From Eremomyces bilateralis CBS 781.70 (lineage: Eukaryota): a stretch of 64,000 nt of DNA. The DNA lies in the NCBI GenBank assembly GCA_010015585.1, contig ML975152.1; one strand, given 5' to 3'. Below are positions 12,291 through 25,900 of this stretch, in pieces. Each line of letters opens with the position of its first letter. Position 1 is the stretch's first letter. A program made the position numbers and the translations under genes. The notes beneath the pieces were generated by a model that was not told where the DNA came from, did not search any database, and was given only the letters and a program-made list of their open reading frames with translations.

Positions 12291-15200
12291 TTATTCCTGG
12301 GACTGAGCAACCTGGGGACTTTCGTTCGAGCCATCATCATCTCTGCTGGAAGTGCTTGCGTCAACCGGTACCTCTGGCACCTTACCTCCCAAACCAGCCC
12401 AGTCGGAACCGGCCGAGTCCATGGCCAGCTCCAAGTTCACGTCGCTGGCGAACCAGCGCTCCCTTCTCGTCGTTTCTCGCCGGCCCCCTTCAAGCGCGCT
12501 CCTGCTCGCTCGCGTCATTCGCAATCGCGGGGGACGCTGGCCGCCGCCGGAAAGCAAGTTGCTAAGCCTTAATCTCTGCCCTTCCAAGGCTTGATCGAAC
12601 CTAGCAATGCTTCGTACGTAAGGTGCAATATCCGTTGTGCTGATTGATATCCCCCGATGGGCCAACGTGGCTGCAACCATGGGTCCGGCGGGTGGAAACT
12701 CTGTTCCAGACAGGGTTGCTTCCGATAAAGCTTCGATCATGCGTTCGTCCAGGTCTTTGGCTCGGATTGTATGACGGTCGTAGGACATGCTTCTCGCCGA
12801 GTAGGCCTTGATGGCCTCTATGGTTGGTTGCTCGAGACTGTCGGGAGCAGAAGTGGCGTCCTTACCAGGCATAGAATAGGCATCGTAAATCTGCCTATGG
12901 CTCTGACAGGATTTTAGAGAGATATATGTTGCAATCTCTGCGGGTGTATCGACGTAGCGCGTTTGCGGATCTGCGTATAAGATCTGACGACCGTCCAGAG
13001 AGTCGGCCTTCAATCCAGGTGGAGGGTTTGGCAGGGTAGCGTCGATTGGTTCTTTGATCGGAGGTGGCGTCGCCCAGTTTCGAAAGAGGTCGGCAATGCT
13101 CTCCAGGTCTGCATCAGCATCCAAGGTGTGGATCGATGGCGGGGCTCCGTCTCCATTCGACACCCGGGGAGCAGAGACGACGCAGGGACTGATACTCTCG
13201 GAAATCTCGTCAATATCGACACCCCAGGATCGCCACGCTTCCATGACTACCAGTTCTGTCTCGTTGCCGGTCACACATTGGTTTGGCTGGAATAGATCCC
13301 GACTGACAATGCCCATTCCGGTGGTATATGTGTGTCGGCTTGCGACTCGTAGCAGTTGGCCTTGGTCATCGACATCAGAACCAGGAGGCCACCGCTGCAG
13401 GAACCATTCGAGACCCCCTTTCCGATCGCCCACGGCCATCTGGCACCAGAAATTCAAATCCATCATGGCGGCCCGGAGATCATGGCCGCGAATCTCGTAT
13501 AGTTCTTTGACTGCTTCCCTCTCCAGAATATGGCCCTCTCGGGCGGCCGTGAGTAGTAGATAGTCGACGGTTGGATCCACGGGAGGCGGTTCAAATCGAA
13601 GAATGGCGAAGAAAGGGAGGGCTTCCGTGGATATCGATCGCTCGTCGTTGCAAGTGAGGACGATTGGCCTTTTAGAATGAGAAGCCAAAGTCGTGATGGT
13701 TGACCAAAACTGCTTGTCTGACTCGTAGAGAATATCAGCTTCTTCAAGCAAGATGAGTGATTGCTTTGGCTGCCTCCGTGGGGTTTTAAGTTCAACCTTG
13801 TCAAAGCTTCCGCTTGCTGGTTCGGATTTGACCGCTGATGTGGGGATTGACGCAGTTTTCGATGGCTGGACTTTTATTTTCGGTTGAAAGAAAGACTTCA
13901 TGTGTCCTTGTCTCGGGGCAAGGGCTTCCTCAGTTGGGTTCACTGTTCCTTTTCCTTCATCAGTGACGCTTGATCCATTGGGCCCATTGGAACTGCGATG
14001 GACGAGGTGATTGCCAGTCATATACTCGACTCTATCCAGAACATCTCGACCACTTCTCCGGGACCCAGGATTGATTTCGAAAACCTCGAAACCGAGCTCC
14101 CTAGCGACTGCGTACACTGCAGCCGTTTTCCCGGAGCCACGCGGACCGCTGATTAGGACGCAATTGTGAAGCTGCCGCCCGGATTCGTCTTTGTCTCGAC
14201 TCGCGCCGCCCTCCAGAATCAGGGACTTGATCGAACGGGTGGTGCTGGATGACGGTAGATGGCTCTCATCGTCGGAAATCTCGGTGAAGGACTTCGTTTC
14301 TCCTTCATCGCTGGACACAATGAAGTTGTCTAGGTCGTCACCTTGTCTTTTCCGCTTTTTCTGTTTTCTGGGCTTAGGAAAACTTTTAGAGGGGGTGCCC
14401 GCGCTTTTTGTGGAAGCCTCGTTGCCAGTTAATGCTGAACAGGACAACCAGTCTTTCAGAATAGCCACATTCTTAGCATTCCCAAGAACTTCACTAGATC
14501 GACTGGGAGAGTACTTCGTGGTCCAGAGGTCCCTTTCATATCCCCCTGTATCGAAAGCAGTGAGATGGCTACGGTCGTTCGCAAAGGCCTCGCTCAGGGT
14601 TTGATGTATTCGTGTAGTATCGGCAGTCGAGGCGGACAGTTCTTGCTCAAGCTCATTTCTGATCCCAGCTCCTGTAGTGAGGACTCGTTGCGGGAGGTGA
14701 ATAGACGGATGACGGCCACCATCTTTGTCATGCGGCAATAGGTTATTTGCCATCAGCAAAGAGCATTGTTGGTTTATAATGTTTTCTGAATCTCCAACTC
14801 CCAGTACCGCCCTCTTCTCCCTGCTGCTTCCTTTCCGGCCATGACCGATGGGACTGGAGAGATCGAGATATTGCTTCTCCAGAGTTCCACGGACATGCGC
14901 CATGTATTTCCGAGGCCATGGTGCATCCGTGTTTTCGATCGTTTTGGGCTTGTTGAGATGGAATGACTGATAGATCACTTCGGGCTCCCTAGAACTTGTT
15001 TGGCCCTTTCTTGCCGATGTCTCCGCACGGAGCTTTCCTGGACTGCTAAAAGCCATTTTGCGTGCCGGCCCATCTTGTTGAACTCTGGCGATGACAGTAG
15101 AGCCTTTGTCCGCCACCACCTGTTGTTCTCTTGCAGCTCTGGACTTGAAGTAAGGGTGAATGGGACGACCCTTTACTGAAGCATTAGCTAACGGTGCAGA

Positions 15201-16002
15201 TGCCTTTTTCAACCCAGTTGAAAGGACTAGGTCTCCAGACAGAATAGCATTGATGCGGGCACCGAGCTCTTCAGTATCACTCTTTGCTGCCTTTCCGTAT
15301 GAAATAATGACACCGAGTTCTTGCTTCCTAGCTTTCTTTGCAGTTGGAGATTTCCGGGTAGGCGGTTTTCTTCTCTTCGGTCGCCCATTTGTTTGTTCTT
15401 CAATGACAACGCCATCCCCTGGATTTCGGGGACGTAATTCGCGCAACGAACCTCCATTTTTAACTGTTTTCGCTGCAGGCTCCGCAGAATCGGGTTTGGC
15501 TTCGTCTAACAACTGTTCACGCCACGATGTAGGATCATCAGGTAAAGACCCATTGTCCTCTACCTTGGAGGGATCGGAAGCCACTAGGATCTCGTTGGTT
15601 TCGTTCGAAAGCTTTCTCCGTTTCCTCGGCTGACTGATATCCGTATGCGCCTCCGGAGACTTTGTCGCTGCTTGTGCAATTTCGCTTTGTTCGTCCTTCC
15701 GATTGGAATTCTTAATGAACTCGCTAAGGAGCACTTGTCTCGGTTTCGTTCGGCTGGTTCCGGCGTCCGAGGGGGCTTCGCTGCTTGCGGTAGTGCCATG
15801 AGTTTGGCTCGTAATTGTTCCGTGATTTTTTGGGGTTGGGTCAATCCTGAGTGCATCTGTGGTCTCTGGCTGTTGGTGAAAATCTTTAGATCCTACCGAG
15901 GGCATGATTCGTGAGTAATGGCTATATGGATCAGGGAGGAGTGGACGTACCCGCTGGTGCGAAGAAGGGATGCAGCTGTGGTTTTGCGTCCACAGGCATC
16001 AT
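12291..16002 (-). CDS. ELG1: Elg1/ATAD5 RFC-like AAA+ PCNA unloader
   Basis: LWTTKYSP, Walker A GPRGSGKT, ELGFEVFEIN, SLILLEEAD, KRPIVLTCND and DLR motifs. Probable short first exon MMPVDAKPQLHPFF (16002 to ~15951) upstream of the 1204-aa ORF. Confidence 0.85.
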
Positions 16003-16247
16003 GTGTGGAAGTATTGTGTAGCCCATTCGATCCAGTATCCTTCAACTACACTTATGTTGACCATTATTCCATGACTTTTGGGAGTGTCGACGGTGATGGT
16101 CAGGAGACACGATGAATTTTCTAAGGACCTGGGGAGCACAATAGATCGGAGAGTGTTCTTGAAAGGCGGATTGATATCTGAGGGAATATATAATCATGAA
16201 GAGGAGTGAAATATCAAAAGTGAATTGGAATCAAGGGGATTGTCAAT

Positions 16248-16283
16248 TTGATATTCAGGTTGATATTCAGGTTGATATTCAGG
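16248..16283. repeat. Three tandem copies of a 12-mer (TTGATATTCAGG)
   Basis: Directly visible in the ELG1/UTP8 intergenic region. Confidence 0.9.
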
Positions 16284-16697
16284 TAATGGATGGACTTGGG
16301 AAGTCCAAATGAATTGAACACTCAACACTGAACGCCTGATAGACACGGACACGCGTTGAGAGACTTGAGACGCGACGCAGCGTGCCAGGTGTGGCTGAAT
16401 TGCAGACTGCACGTGACTGTTGCCTGCGTAGTGCACGTGAGTGTGGGGTCAATTCCTCAAGCCTCAATGTGAGTTATTGTGAGCCAATACTCCGTACTCA
16501 ATGCCCAATGGTGGCTGGTAGTGCACGGGCCTCTCCTGTCAACTCAAAGCCAACCAACCCGAAGATCCTGGTTTCGGTTATACTCCGGGACTGCTTCCAT
16601 CAACATTTTTCTCTTCACGAAGAATACTGTACTTGATGTACTCCCATATTATTCACGATATGCCCGCTCAGTGTCTTGCAATCTCAGTTACACCGAG

Positions 16698-19674
16698 ATG
16701 ACAGACCTAGAGATAGGGAACCCTTCTGTTCTGGCCAGGTTTGCGAGTCCTGTAGCCCAGGATCAACAGCCCGACCATGCTTCACCTGTATACCATCTCA
16801 AAGGTACTCGAAAGCGACAAAGGGACGAGATTCTCGTGCCCGTGGACGGCTCCGGATTGCATATATACGATGTATGGGCACCTGACCCTATGTGTTGAAC
16901 TTTCGACTGACAGCGGACTCTAGATCAAGCAGCCACGCCTCGTAACCACTTATCCTGTCGCACCTCAGACAAGGTTTCTCACCAAGCCATCCTCAATATG
17001 CAAGAAAACGTCGGACGCGACCCAGCCTCTGAGGTTTACATATGCCTTCATCGAAACCAAAATTGGAGTACCTAGCTATGAGGTCGTATGCTACACCGAA
17101 GCCACATCGCCGGCCGGCGAAACCAAGCGCTACTCCTATCCTCATCATGCTACTCGACCAGAAGAGATGGTGGTTGCTATTGAGGTCGCAATGGGCTCCG
17201 AATACTACTCTCCGGGGATGTTGGATCATTTTGTCCTGTTGATCCAAAGTGACGGTACCGTTGTTTGTCTGTCCGCGGATCTGTCCTCTCTGCAATGGAA
17301 GTTCAAGCCCAAGGGGGAGACGAGTGCTACGCGAGCGCAAGATGTCGACGGGTTCAAGGCCGAGTTCGCTTGTCTTTGCAACTTCCAAAACGTGGAGGCC
17401 GGCCTTCTGAATGGTCGTCAGGATCTGGTCGCTCAAATTCGCGACCATTCGACGAAAAGAAGAGGGGAGCCGCAAATCCTGTGCACGCTACTCAGCGACG
17501 CCGATCAGTCGAATTCCTCACAAGTCCGTCATCGTCTTTCCATCTGCGCTATCTGGCTCGAGGAACATGGATCCGCCATCGTCGAGATTGACTGCTGGGA
17601 TTTACCGTTCTCAAGCAATCCTGAGGATTGTCGACAGTGGTTCCTTGACGATGCGCGAGGCAAAATTGTTTGCGGCGATGGGCGGAGGGTGAGTGTTATT
17701 GATATTTCGGGTACGGTACCTCGCATATCGGCCACGTTTGAGAACTACTCTCTTCCAATCCGATCTTTCATCTGCCTCGGCCACTCGCACCTCATTTTCC
17801 TTTCTTCACATTCCGTCGGGGTTCTCGATATGACCTACCAGTCGGTGTTATCCTCGACTCCTATTGCGGCCGGTTCAGAGTCTTCATTCAGCGGCTTGAA
17901 AAAACGAAAGAGGGGGGCTATGAACAATACCTGGGGTTCGTTTCGGCTTATATTGTACAGCGCGAAATCCAACTTGGCCGTGGGTGTTGCAGATGGCGAG
18001 CTGATATCGTTCTCCATCTCAAAAGGCGAGAGCTCTGCTGCCAGAAGTCTCCGGGATTCCACTCTTCTCGATTCGTTAGCAAAAGGGCCACAGCGCACTG
18101 GAGTCTCTGTGCAGGCTCCCCTATCTCAGAGGATATCATCCTTGGACGCTGAATTACCCCGTAGCAGTTCGAAAGTTACCGCCAGTTGGGAAAAAGAACG
18201 GCAAGCTTTGGAGCGAGCATCAGACGCTGGAAATGTGGAGGAGTTCGAGAACATCCTTGCGCGTGGCCTGAATATTCCGGTACGGGAGTTGGATGTCGAA
18301 TCCCATCCATCGAAACCTTCGAAACGCTCAAAAACCACCTCGACCTCCGATAGTGCGTCGCGCAGCGGATCTCAATGGGACTTTGAGGCCATTGGGAGAG
18401 ATCAGATGCTTCGTGCACACCCTGAGAAAGCAGAATACGCGCTTGCAAAGATATTTGCATGGAATGGAGCTATGGATCAAGCAACATCAAGCAAGTCCGC
18501 GGACTCAGAGGAAAAAGGCCAATTGACCATTCTATTTCTTCCGAAGAATGTTCTGCAGTGGCTTGTCCTCAGCGCTCACTTTTCCCTGAGCATGCTGAAC
18601 CGAGCCCTGGCTGCCAGTTCCTCGGAGAATGCGAGGCCTGCAACCTCACGGGATCTGGTTTCTTCTTTCATTCGATACGACCCGGAAATGCGTCTGTTGC
18701 GTGAATTGCTATTTCTTCATCGGTACCTCGATGCTCCCACGGTTGTTGAAGCTGTGAGGGCTGTTATCAGAAGCCTCCGAACCGAAGATCACGGCTTCCA
18801 CACCACCACTGAGTCTAACGATGACACGGCAGACGGCAAAAAGGATCACGACGAAGCGCTACTGGATCTAGAAGTGGAAGAAGCGTCGAGAGACCTCGAT
18901 CTTGCGCTCGCAACTCTCGAGCACGGAGAGGCCATTCGCGGCCAGACTCTGTGGCAAGCATTGACGATACTCCACTCATTCCCTTCAACTACCATCGTCG
19001 CCACGCTGCGGGATTCCTTGACCACGCAAGAAATTATCTTCCTTATCCAATTGCTCCGTATCGAATTGGCCCACGGCGGATGGACATCGCGATTTATGTA
19101 TGACTCGGCTTCCACATCATTGCAAAGTGATCTCTCGGACCGGGCCATTCTGCTCATTGTCAATTTGATATCGTGCGCAGTGGATGCAGTCAACATTGCC
19201 GGATGGCAGAGCGAGGCCGCCGTGCGAGCTGCTGCTGAGGATGAAGAAGGTGGTCTGCCGCTGTCCCTGCGCACCGATGTCTCAGCCGCTCTCGAAGGCA
19301 TCCACGAAGCCGTCTTCCTGAAAAGTCTCCTCGGCGACTTCAGGCGGTACAGCCTTGGCGTGAAGAAGAGCTACGACGACGGTTACGCGCAATATCTCCC
19401 TGGAGACACGTCCCTGCTTGCGCTGGAAGGCCTGGATCGCTATGGCTTCGGGCGAAATGAGAGCAAAGCGCCCGGGACGAACGCCGCGAAACCGATCGGG
19501 ACCCTGGATCAGTCCATGGAGGCGAAGATGCTCCCCCTGGGCTGCAAGTTTGACCATATTGCGCGACTACGGAAGGTCGCGGACGGTGTTACGAAGGGTA
19601 AGAGTCGGCGGCAATTGGGCCAGGAGATCAGTCGGAGAGTTGGCCCGTACAGCTTTGAAAAAGTTAGATTTTAG
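16698..19674 (+). CDS. UTP8: Utp8-like U3 snoRNP (t-UTP) beta-propeller protein
   Basis: Exon 1 (16698-16871: EILVPVDGSGLHIYD), intron 16872-16923, then a long exon (IKQPRLVTTYPVAPQTRF...) ending VGPYSFEKVRF, matching the pattern of filamentous-fungal Utp8. Confidence 0.75.
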
Positions 19675-19835
19675 GCATTTTTAGGGTTCCTATTGACGGG
19701 GATGCCTTTTGCTCATGAACAATGCTACACATTCGACGTTGCCAATACAAGTTTGGGTCCCATTTAATACTGAAATATGCTGTCGTATCCATCATCGCCC
19801 AACGGCTCCCTGCCCCAAATCCAAACATTAACCCC

Positions 19836-22143
19836 TTACTCCAAGATCTCATCCTCGTCATCCACAGTTTCAGGCACGTCGGCCCACCCGCTCGCCCACC
19901 GCTCCGGCCCATGCTCCGCAGCCCCCCGTAAGTACGCCGCCTTTGCCCCCCGGCGCCAACAACGAACGGAGAAATCATCGCTGGCGGTAACCAAGTTGCC
20001 TTGGGCGGTCCAGGCCACGTCGGAAACCTCCTTCTCGTGTCCACCCGTTAAGGCGACCCCGGTCTCGAAAATCGGGATCGTTTCGCCACCGATTGCGATG
20101 TCCGTGCCGGTCGAGGCGCGCTGAAGGGTGGGTCGGAGCGATCGGTTATTTCTCCGGGACGTATTAGAAAGGCAAGGGGACGAGGTGGTCGTATATGTGC
20201 TTCCATCCCGTGTAGGAATTAAAGATGGGTCAGTCGGGAATAAGATGGGTTTGCCACTAGAGTTGCCAACAGCCACTAGCTCCGCATGCGACGCTGTAGC
20301 ACGCCTCAGCGCAGCTTTGACATAGAAGGAGCCGACAAGGAGATCCGGATGTCGAAATCCGTAGAGAGGGCCAAGTCCCAGTCTGTCGCATTTTCGTGGG
20401 AGGCCGCCACGGTCTAGCTCCGGCGCGGTTCCGAGGATAAGATGTTCCGTGGAGTATGCGTAGAGGGTGCTGTCTTTGCCCAGGGCATAGACGCGGCCGG
20501 TATCCTCGCTCACAACGATACTCGTCATTGCGTATTGGCGGCGATTTCGGTGCCAGGAAGGCTCGGCGGTCATAGCCACAGGTCTTGAGGACCAGCTGGA
20601 CATCCGGATGTCCCATAATGCCATGCTCATCGATGATTCGGAGCCGGAGAGGATCAAGTCTGGGCGTCTCTCGCCAAGAAACGACAATGCTGTGACCGAT
20701 ACCGACTTTAGACGTTGCGACATTCGTCTATATTTTCATCAGTGCCTGGGTTCTTGCAGTTTTCCGCAAGACGACAACTCTCTTACCTAGTTTCGGGAGC
20801 CGAGTCCATCAAACTTCGTCTTGCAGCAGCGCCGTGGCCTATCCCTGCTTCGAACAGTCGCCAATAACTCTGAGCGGCGCCACCCAGCACGCCTCTTTGC
20901 CCGCTGGTGCAAGCTGTTACACCCAGGCTAGCTGTGTCGAAGTTATCGGACATGCCTTTCTGACTCTCCAGCACCGGCTGTTGCGATTGAACTCGTACAT
21001 CGTAAAGACATATACTTCCATCCCTTCTTGACGCGGCAATGACTTCACCGCTGGATGGTTGGAAGCAAATCTTCTTGATGGCAGAACCGGGACCACGCAA
21101 ATGGTATATCGGTGTCATCTTGTATGCATCATAGATTTTCGCGGTCTGATCGCCCGAAGCCGTGGCAATCAGTCGGTCATCGGGGGAAAACTCCACATCG
21201 ACGATGGCATTGCGGTGAGCTTCAGCGGATCTCTGAACCTGAGGAAATGTGCCGCCGTCCGCGGCGTTTAGAACCAGCACCCGCCCCTCTTCGTCTCCTG
21301 TGGCAACCAGCGACAGCGCTACTTTGGGTCAGCGAATAGATCCTGATTCCGAGTCGCATGAAACATACATGTACTGTGGCTACCTGCAATGCAGAAAGGC
21401 ATTTCTGCTCCCGAGAAATGGAGGCGATCATCCGGCGACGAAAAATAGTCTCCCATCTCAGAGACGGCTGCTGTAGGGTAATATTGTTAGCGGATACTCC
21501 AGATTGCAAGATTATATTTGCTTTAAGCCCACATACCCAGACGGTGATCAACCGACCTGTTCCTGCTACTTGGGCCGCCAAACGACCGTTCAAGAATTCG
21601 GCCACTGTTGTTGGAGACAACGAGGCGTCGGACGTTTGGCTTTAAGTTCGGTCGATCCTTCGATTCAACATCACTGAAAGATATTCGCCTGCTGACCTCG
21701 TCGTCCTCATGGACGTCGGTCGGAGAGGGACTCGAGTAGCAGACTCTCTTTGAGGGAGACGAGAGAGGGGAACTGTCCGGAGGAGTGATCGGAAGCTTTC
21801 GTTTCCGTGGTGATGCACCGAGAGAAGCAAAATCTCCATCTTGAGCAGCCGCTTTATCGAACTGCCGGTGGGATTCGGAAGGATGTGGAGGCTGGAGGTT
21901 GAGGGCTCTCGTTGTTATGTCGGACAGCTTCTGCCTCGACCTTGAAGGGCGTGACGAAGGCCCATTCTGGCTCCGGAGGGACTTGGGCGTAAAGAATCTC
22001 GTAAAGCGTCGTGGAGTGATTGAAGGCGGCTTCCTCGGCTTTGGGACACTGTGAATCTCGGGAGGAGAGGATGGAATGTTGGTGGACACGCCATTCGAAT
22101 CATGGTAGATATCGAACTGTGATGATGACTGGGGTAAATCCAT
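19836..22143 (-). CDS. CDT2: WD40 substrate receptor of CRL4 ubiquitin ligase, Cdt2/DTL
   Basis: AHRNAIVDVEFSPDDRLIATASGDQT, SRRDGSICLYDVR, LWDIR, SFYVK and GHEKEVSDVAW...TASDDFSVRCWR, plus an SP/TP-rich N-terminus. Multi-exon; internal boundaries approximate. Confidence 0.85.
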
Positions 22144-22485
22144 TATGACTTTTGTTCCATTGAAGGATGGTAAACCCGATAAATAAAAGAAATCGGACGA
22201 CTGGACGGTTGTTAAGAGGATGGGGAGGCAAAGGGGGATGGTTGAAGATGAAGTGGAGAGTGGTTAATGGTGTAATAAAGTGGTTGATAGCTTGGATGGA
22301 CCTTTATTGGTTGGAAACGCGAACACGAAGGAGAGAGAGGTTGGAGCGTTGAGGGGACGTGACGCGCCGCGTTGGAGTGGAGATGTCGGCCTCAGGCTGT
22401 AAGGCTGTGAAGGTTAATATGCACAGCCACAATATCAAGTGTTGAGCCACTGAGCATGGGTGCCCCTGCTCTGCCCTCCCTCTAC

Positions 22486-22802
22486 TAGGGTGGGTGAAAG
22501 ATTTCAATGAAATCTATTGCTCTTGTAATTTTCATGAAAGATTTCCGGAGGTCTGGAAATATTTCATGCCAAGCTTTCGTTTACTAATTTGGATGGCGGA
22601 GATAGAGTTAAGATGGTGAGATTTTGAGGAATTTCACGGAGTTCGGTTTTGATGCCTAAGGCTGCAAGGCACCAATATTTAATCTAACCAAGCCAAAATA
22701 GGACTAGCGTAAATTTCGGAAAGAAGCAATTTATATGCGTAATTTAAATTCTATCAGTCATCCGAAGAAATATATATAAATTACTGAAATTCAACCACCC
22801 TA
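22486..22802 (+). mobile_element. hAT-type MITE, copy 1 (317 bp)
   Basis: Termini TAGGGTGGGTGAA...TTCAACCACCCTA form a TIR. Perfect 8-bp TSD CCCTCTAC (22478-22485 and 22803-22810). No ORF. Near-identical reverse-complement copy at 37454-37770. Confidence 0.93.
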
Positions 22803-22950
22803 CCCTCTACCATGAAACTCTTGCACCGCCACTGCAGCTTCTGCCACTCTGCTCCGCTACAGAAAAATTTCGAGTTCACGTTTGTTTCCAGCCCTTAAAC
22901 CAATATTACGACAGAGATATCTCGGGTCTACCAATTGGTTCTAGTACGCC

Positions 22951-25900
22951 ATGAAGACGAAAAAGCGCCCAGCTGAGGCGACGTCTGAGTCGCTTCAATC
23001 AAAGGCCACGGATTCAACAACCACCAGAGAACGGAAGAGGCACCGAAAAAGTTCGGCCGCCGAGTCAATCCCACCCGCTTCGACAGAGAAAACCTCGACA
23101 GAGAAACCCGAGCCTGCAAAAGCAGTATCGCTCCTCCGGACCGAAGAGAAAGCTTTCCCTCGTGGTGGTGCAAGTGCTCTCACGCCACTTGAACATAAGC
23201 AGATCCAAATCCAGGCCACCCAAGATGTTCTGTTTGAGCAGGGTGGAGCCAAACGCACCGCTCCGGAGTCGAGTGATGACGAAGGCAGCACTTCGGGCCG
23301 TGTGAAGGAACCGCAGACCAAGAGGGCTAGGAGGCCGAAAGGGAAAGCCAATGCTGCGGATGAAGCACCGAAGGATGATATGGGCATTAAACCTGAAGGA
23401 CTGAGTTACAAAGTAAGGGGAAATTCCATGTACGCAGTTCATTTAACTTACAGTCAATTTAGCGCCTCGTCATAGGTTCACTTGTCCTGGGCCAGGTCAC
23501 CCGAATCACCTCTCGAGACGTTTGCCTCGCTCTCCCGAACAATCTGGTTGGATATGTACCGCTGACTAGCATCTCACCGACTATCAACCAAAAGGTCGAG
23601 AGCCTATTGGAGGATTCGGAGCCAGACGAAGCCAATTCAGAAGATGAAGATGACATTGATCTGGAGAGCATGTTCTACGTCGGCCAATATCTCCGCGCCT
23701 ATGTGACCTCCACTGAAGGACATGCGGTGGAAACCAAATCGAAGGCCAAGAGGCGGATTGAACTTTCACTTGAATCGAACCTTGTCAACAGTGGAATATC
23801 AAAGGACGATATTGTGGCAGGATCGATGCTTCAAGCCACCGTTTCAAGCGTGGAAGATCATGGACTTGTCCTCGACTTGGGACTCTCGGAGTCTTCAACG
23901 AAAGGGTTCATGCCTGCGGCTGAGCTTAGCCCGGAATTTCCCCTTTCCAAGATCCAGACTGGAACGGTTCTCTTTTGTCTTGTCACGGGTTTCGAGTCGA
24001 ACAAACGCGTTGTGAAGCTATCCTGCGACAGCAAAAAACTGCGCGCTCTCGAAAAGTACTGCGTCCTCGACGCGCCATCCATTCGGATCCTTCTCCCTGG
24101 AACCGCAGTGGAGGTCCTGGTCACCGAATCCTCTGAGACTGGCGTGGTCGGAAAAGTAATGGGCATGCTGGATGTCACTGCGGATTTTGTGCACTGTGGA
24201 CTGAATTTACCAAATCAGCGTTCAGCCGAAGCGATGAAAGAAGGTTCCAAGGTCCGCGGCCGCATTATTTGTACATTCCCGAATGCCGAACCTCCCAAGA
24301 TGGGCGTGTCGTTCCTCGATCACGTCCGAACCTTGCAGAATTCTGCCACAATCTCTGAGGGCCATCCAGTCATGGAAACGCGACCATTATCGTCTTTTGT
24401 CGACGCTGCTAAGGTCTACAAGGTCGATCGGCTCAGAGGATTATTCGTCGATGTCGGCATGGAACATACCCCTGGATTTGTCCACATTTCAAGGGTCAGC
24501 GATAAGAATATTGCGTCGTTGTCGGCTTCGGAAGGGTCTTTCAAGATTGGTTCCTCCCACCGAGCTCGAATTATCGGATTCAACCAGATGGATGGCGTCT
24601 TCTCGCTCGCCATGGACGAGAAAACCCTTAACGAGCCTTTCTTGCGCATTGAAGACCTTCCCATCGGCGATGTGCTGTCCGGAACGGTCGAGAAGATTGT
24701 GATCAATGACCGTGGGATTGGAGGAGTTTTGGTCAAGTTGTCGGACGGCATCATTGGTCTGGTTCCCGAAATGCACATGTCTGATGTACGGCTCGAGCAC
24801 CCCGAAAAGCGCTTCCGGGAGGGCATGTCAGTGCGAGTCAGAGTGCTCTCGACGAATCCCGAGAGACGCCTCATTCGTCTTACGATGAAAAAGAGCCTGG
24901 TCAATTCGGATGCCACTCTTTTCAAAGATATCCGGAACATTGCGCCGGGTGACTCCTCTCCGGGTACCATCGTCAGCTTGTTGCCAACTGGGGCTGTGGT
25001 TCAATTCTACGGATCCGTACGTGCCTTCCTTCCAGTATCTGAGATGAGTGAGGCGTACATCAAAGATCCTGCTCAACACTTCCGGACGGGTCAAGTGGTC
25101 AACGTCCATGTTCTGAGCGTTGACCCCGACTCGAACAAAATGGTGGTTTCCTGCCGAGATCCCGCTGCATTTGGTGAAGCCCAGAAGGAAGCTTTCGCTT
25201 CCATCCATGTGGGCGACCTGGTCAAGGGCGCCGTCACCGACAAGTCATCCGACGTCGTGACGTTCCGGATAGGGGATGCTGGTATCAAGGCAACCCTCCA
25301 CCTCATTCAACTCACCGATGGTTCCGAAAAGAAATGCGCAGCGGATTTGAAACGACTCCGACCTGGACAGACCCTCGATAACCTGGTTGTGCTCGAGAAG
25401 GTCGAGAAACGAAATTTGCTCTATGTATCAGCGAAACCTTCATTGGTCGCGGAAACACGCGCAGGTAGTCTCATCAAAGCATTCGAAGATGTAAAGGAGG
25501 GGAAGACCGTGCGTGGCTTCGTACGAGGCGTCAGTGCTGACGGGGTCTTCGTTCAGTTTGCTGGAGCGATAGTTGGGTTCCTGCATAAATCCCAGCTTGA
25601 CGAGAAGGCATTGAAACTTCCAGACTTTGGGATGACCAAGGGCCAGTCGGTGTCTGCAAAAGTCCTCACAGTCGATCCTGCCACCAACAGGTTCTTTTTG
25701 TCGAAGAAGAGTGGCCCTCAGCCGGAGCGCTCCACAGAAAGCAATGGTACTGACCAGAAATCAATTGGACAACCCGTCACCAATGCTGTCGACGGGGTAT
25801 CCAAGCTGTCCACTGATTATGCCGTTGGAGTCACGACGAAGGCTCGAATCACGGCTGCGAAGGATACGCAGCTGAACGTTCTTCTAGCAGACAACGTTCA

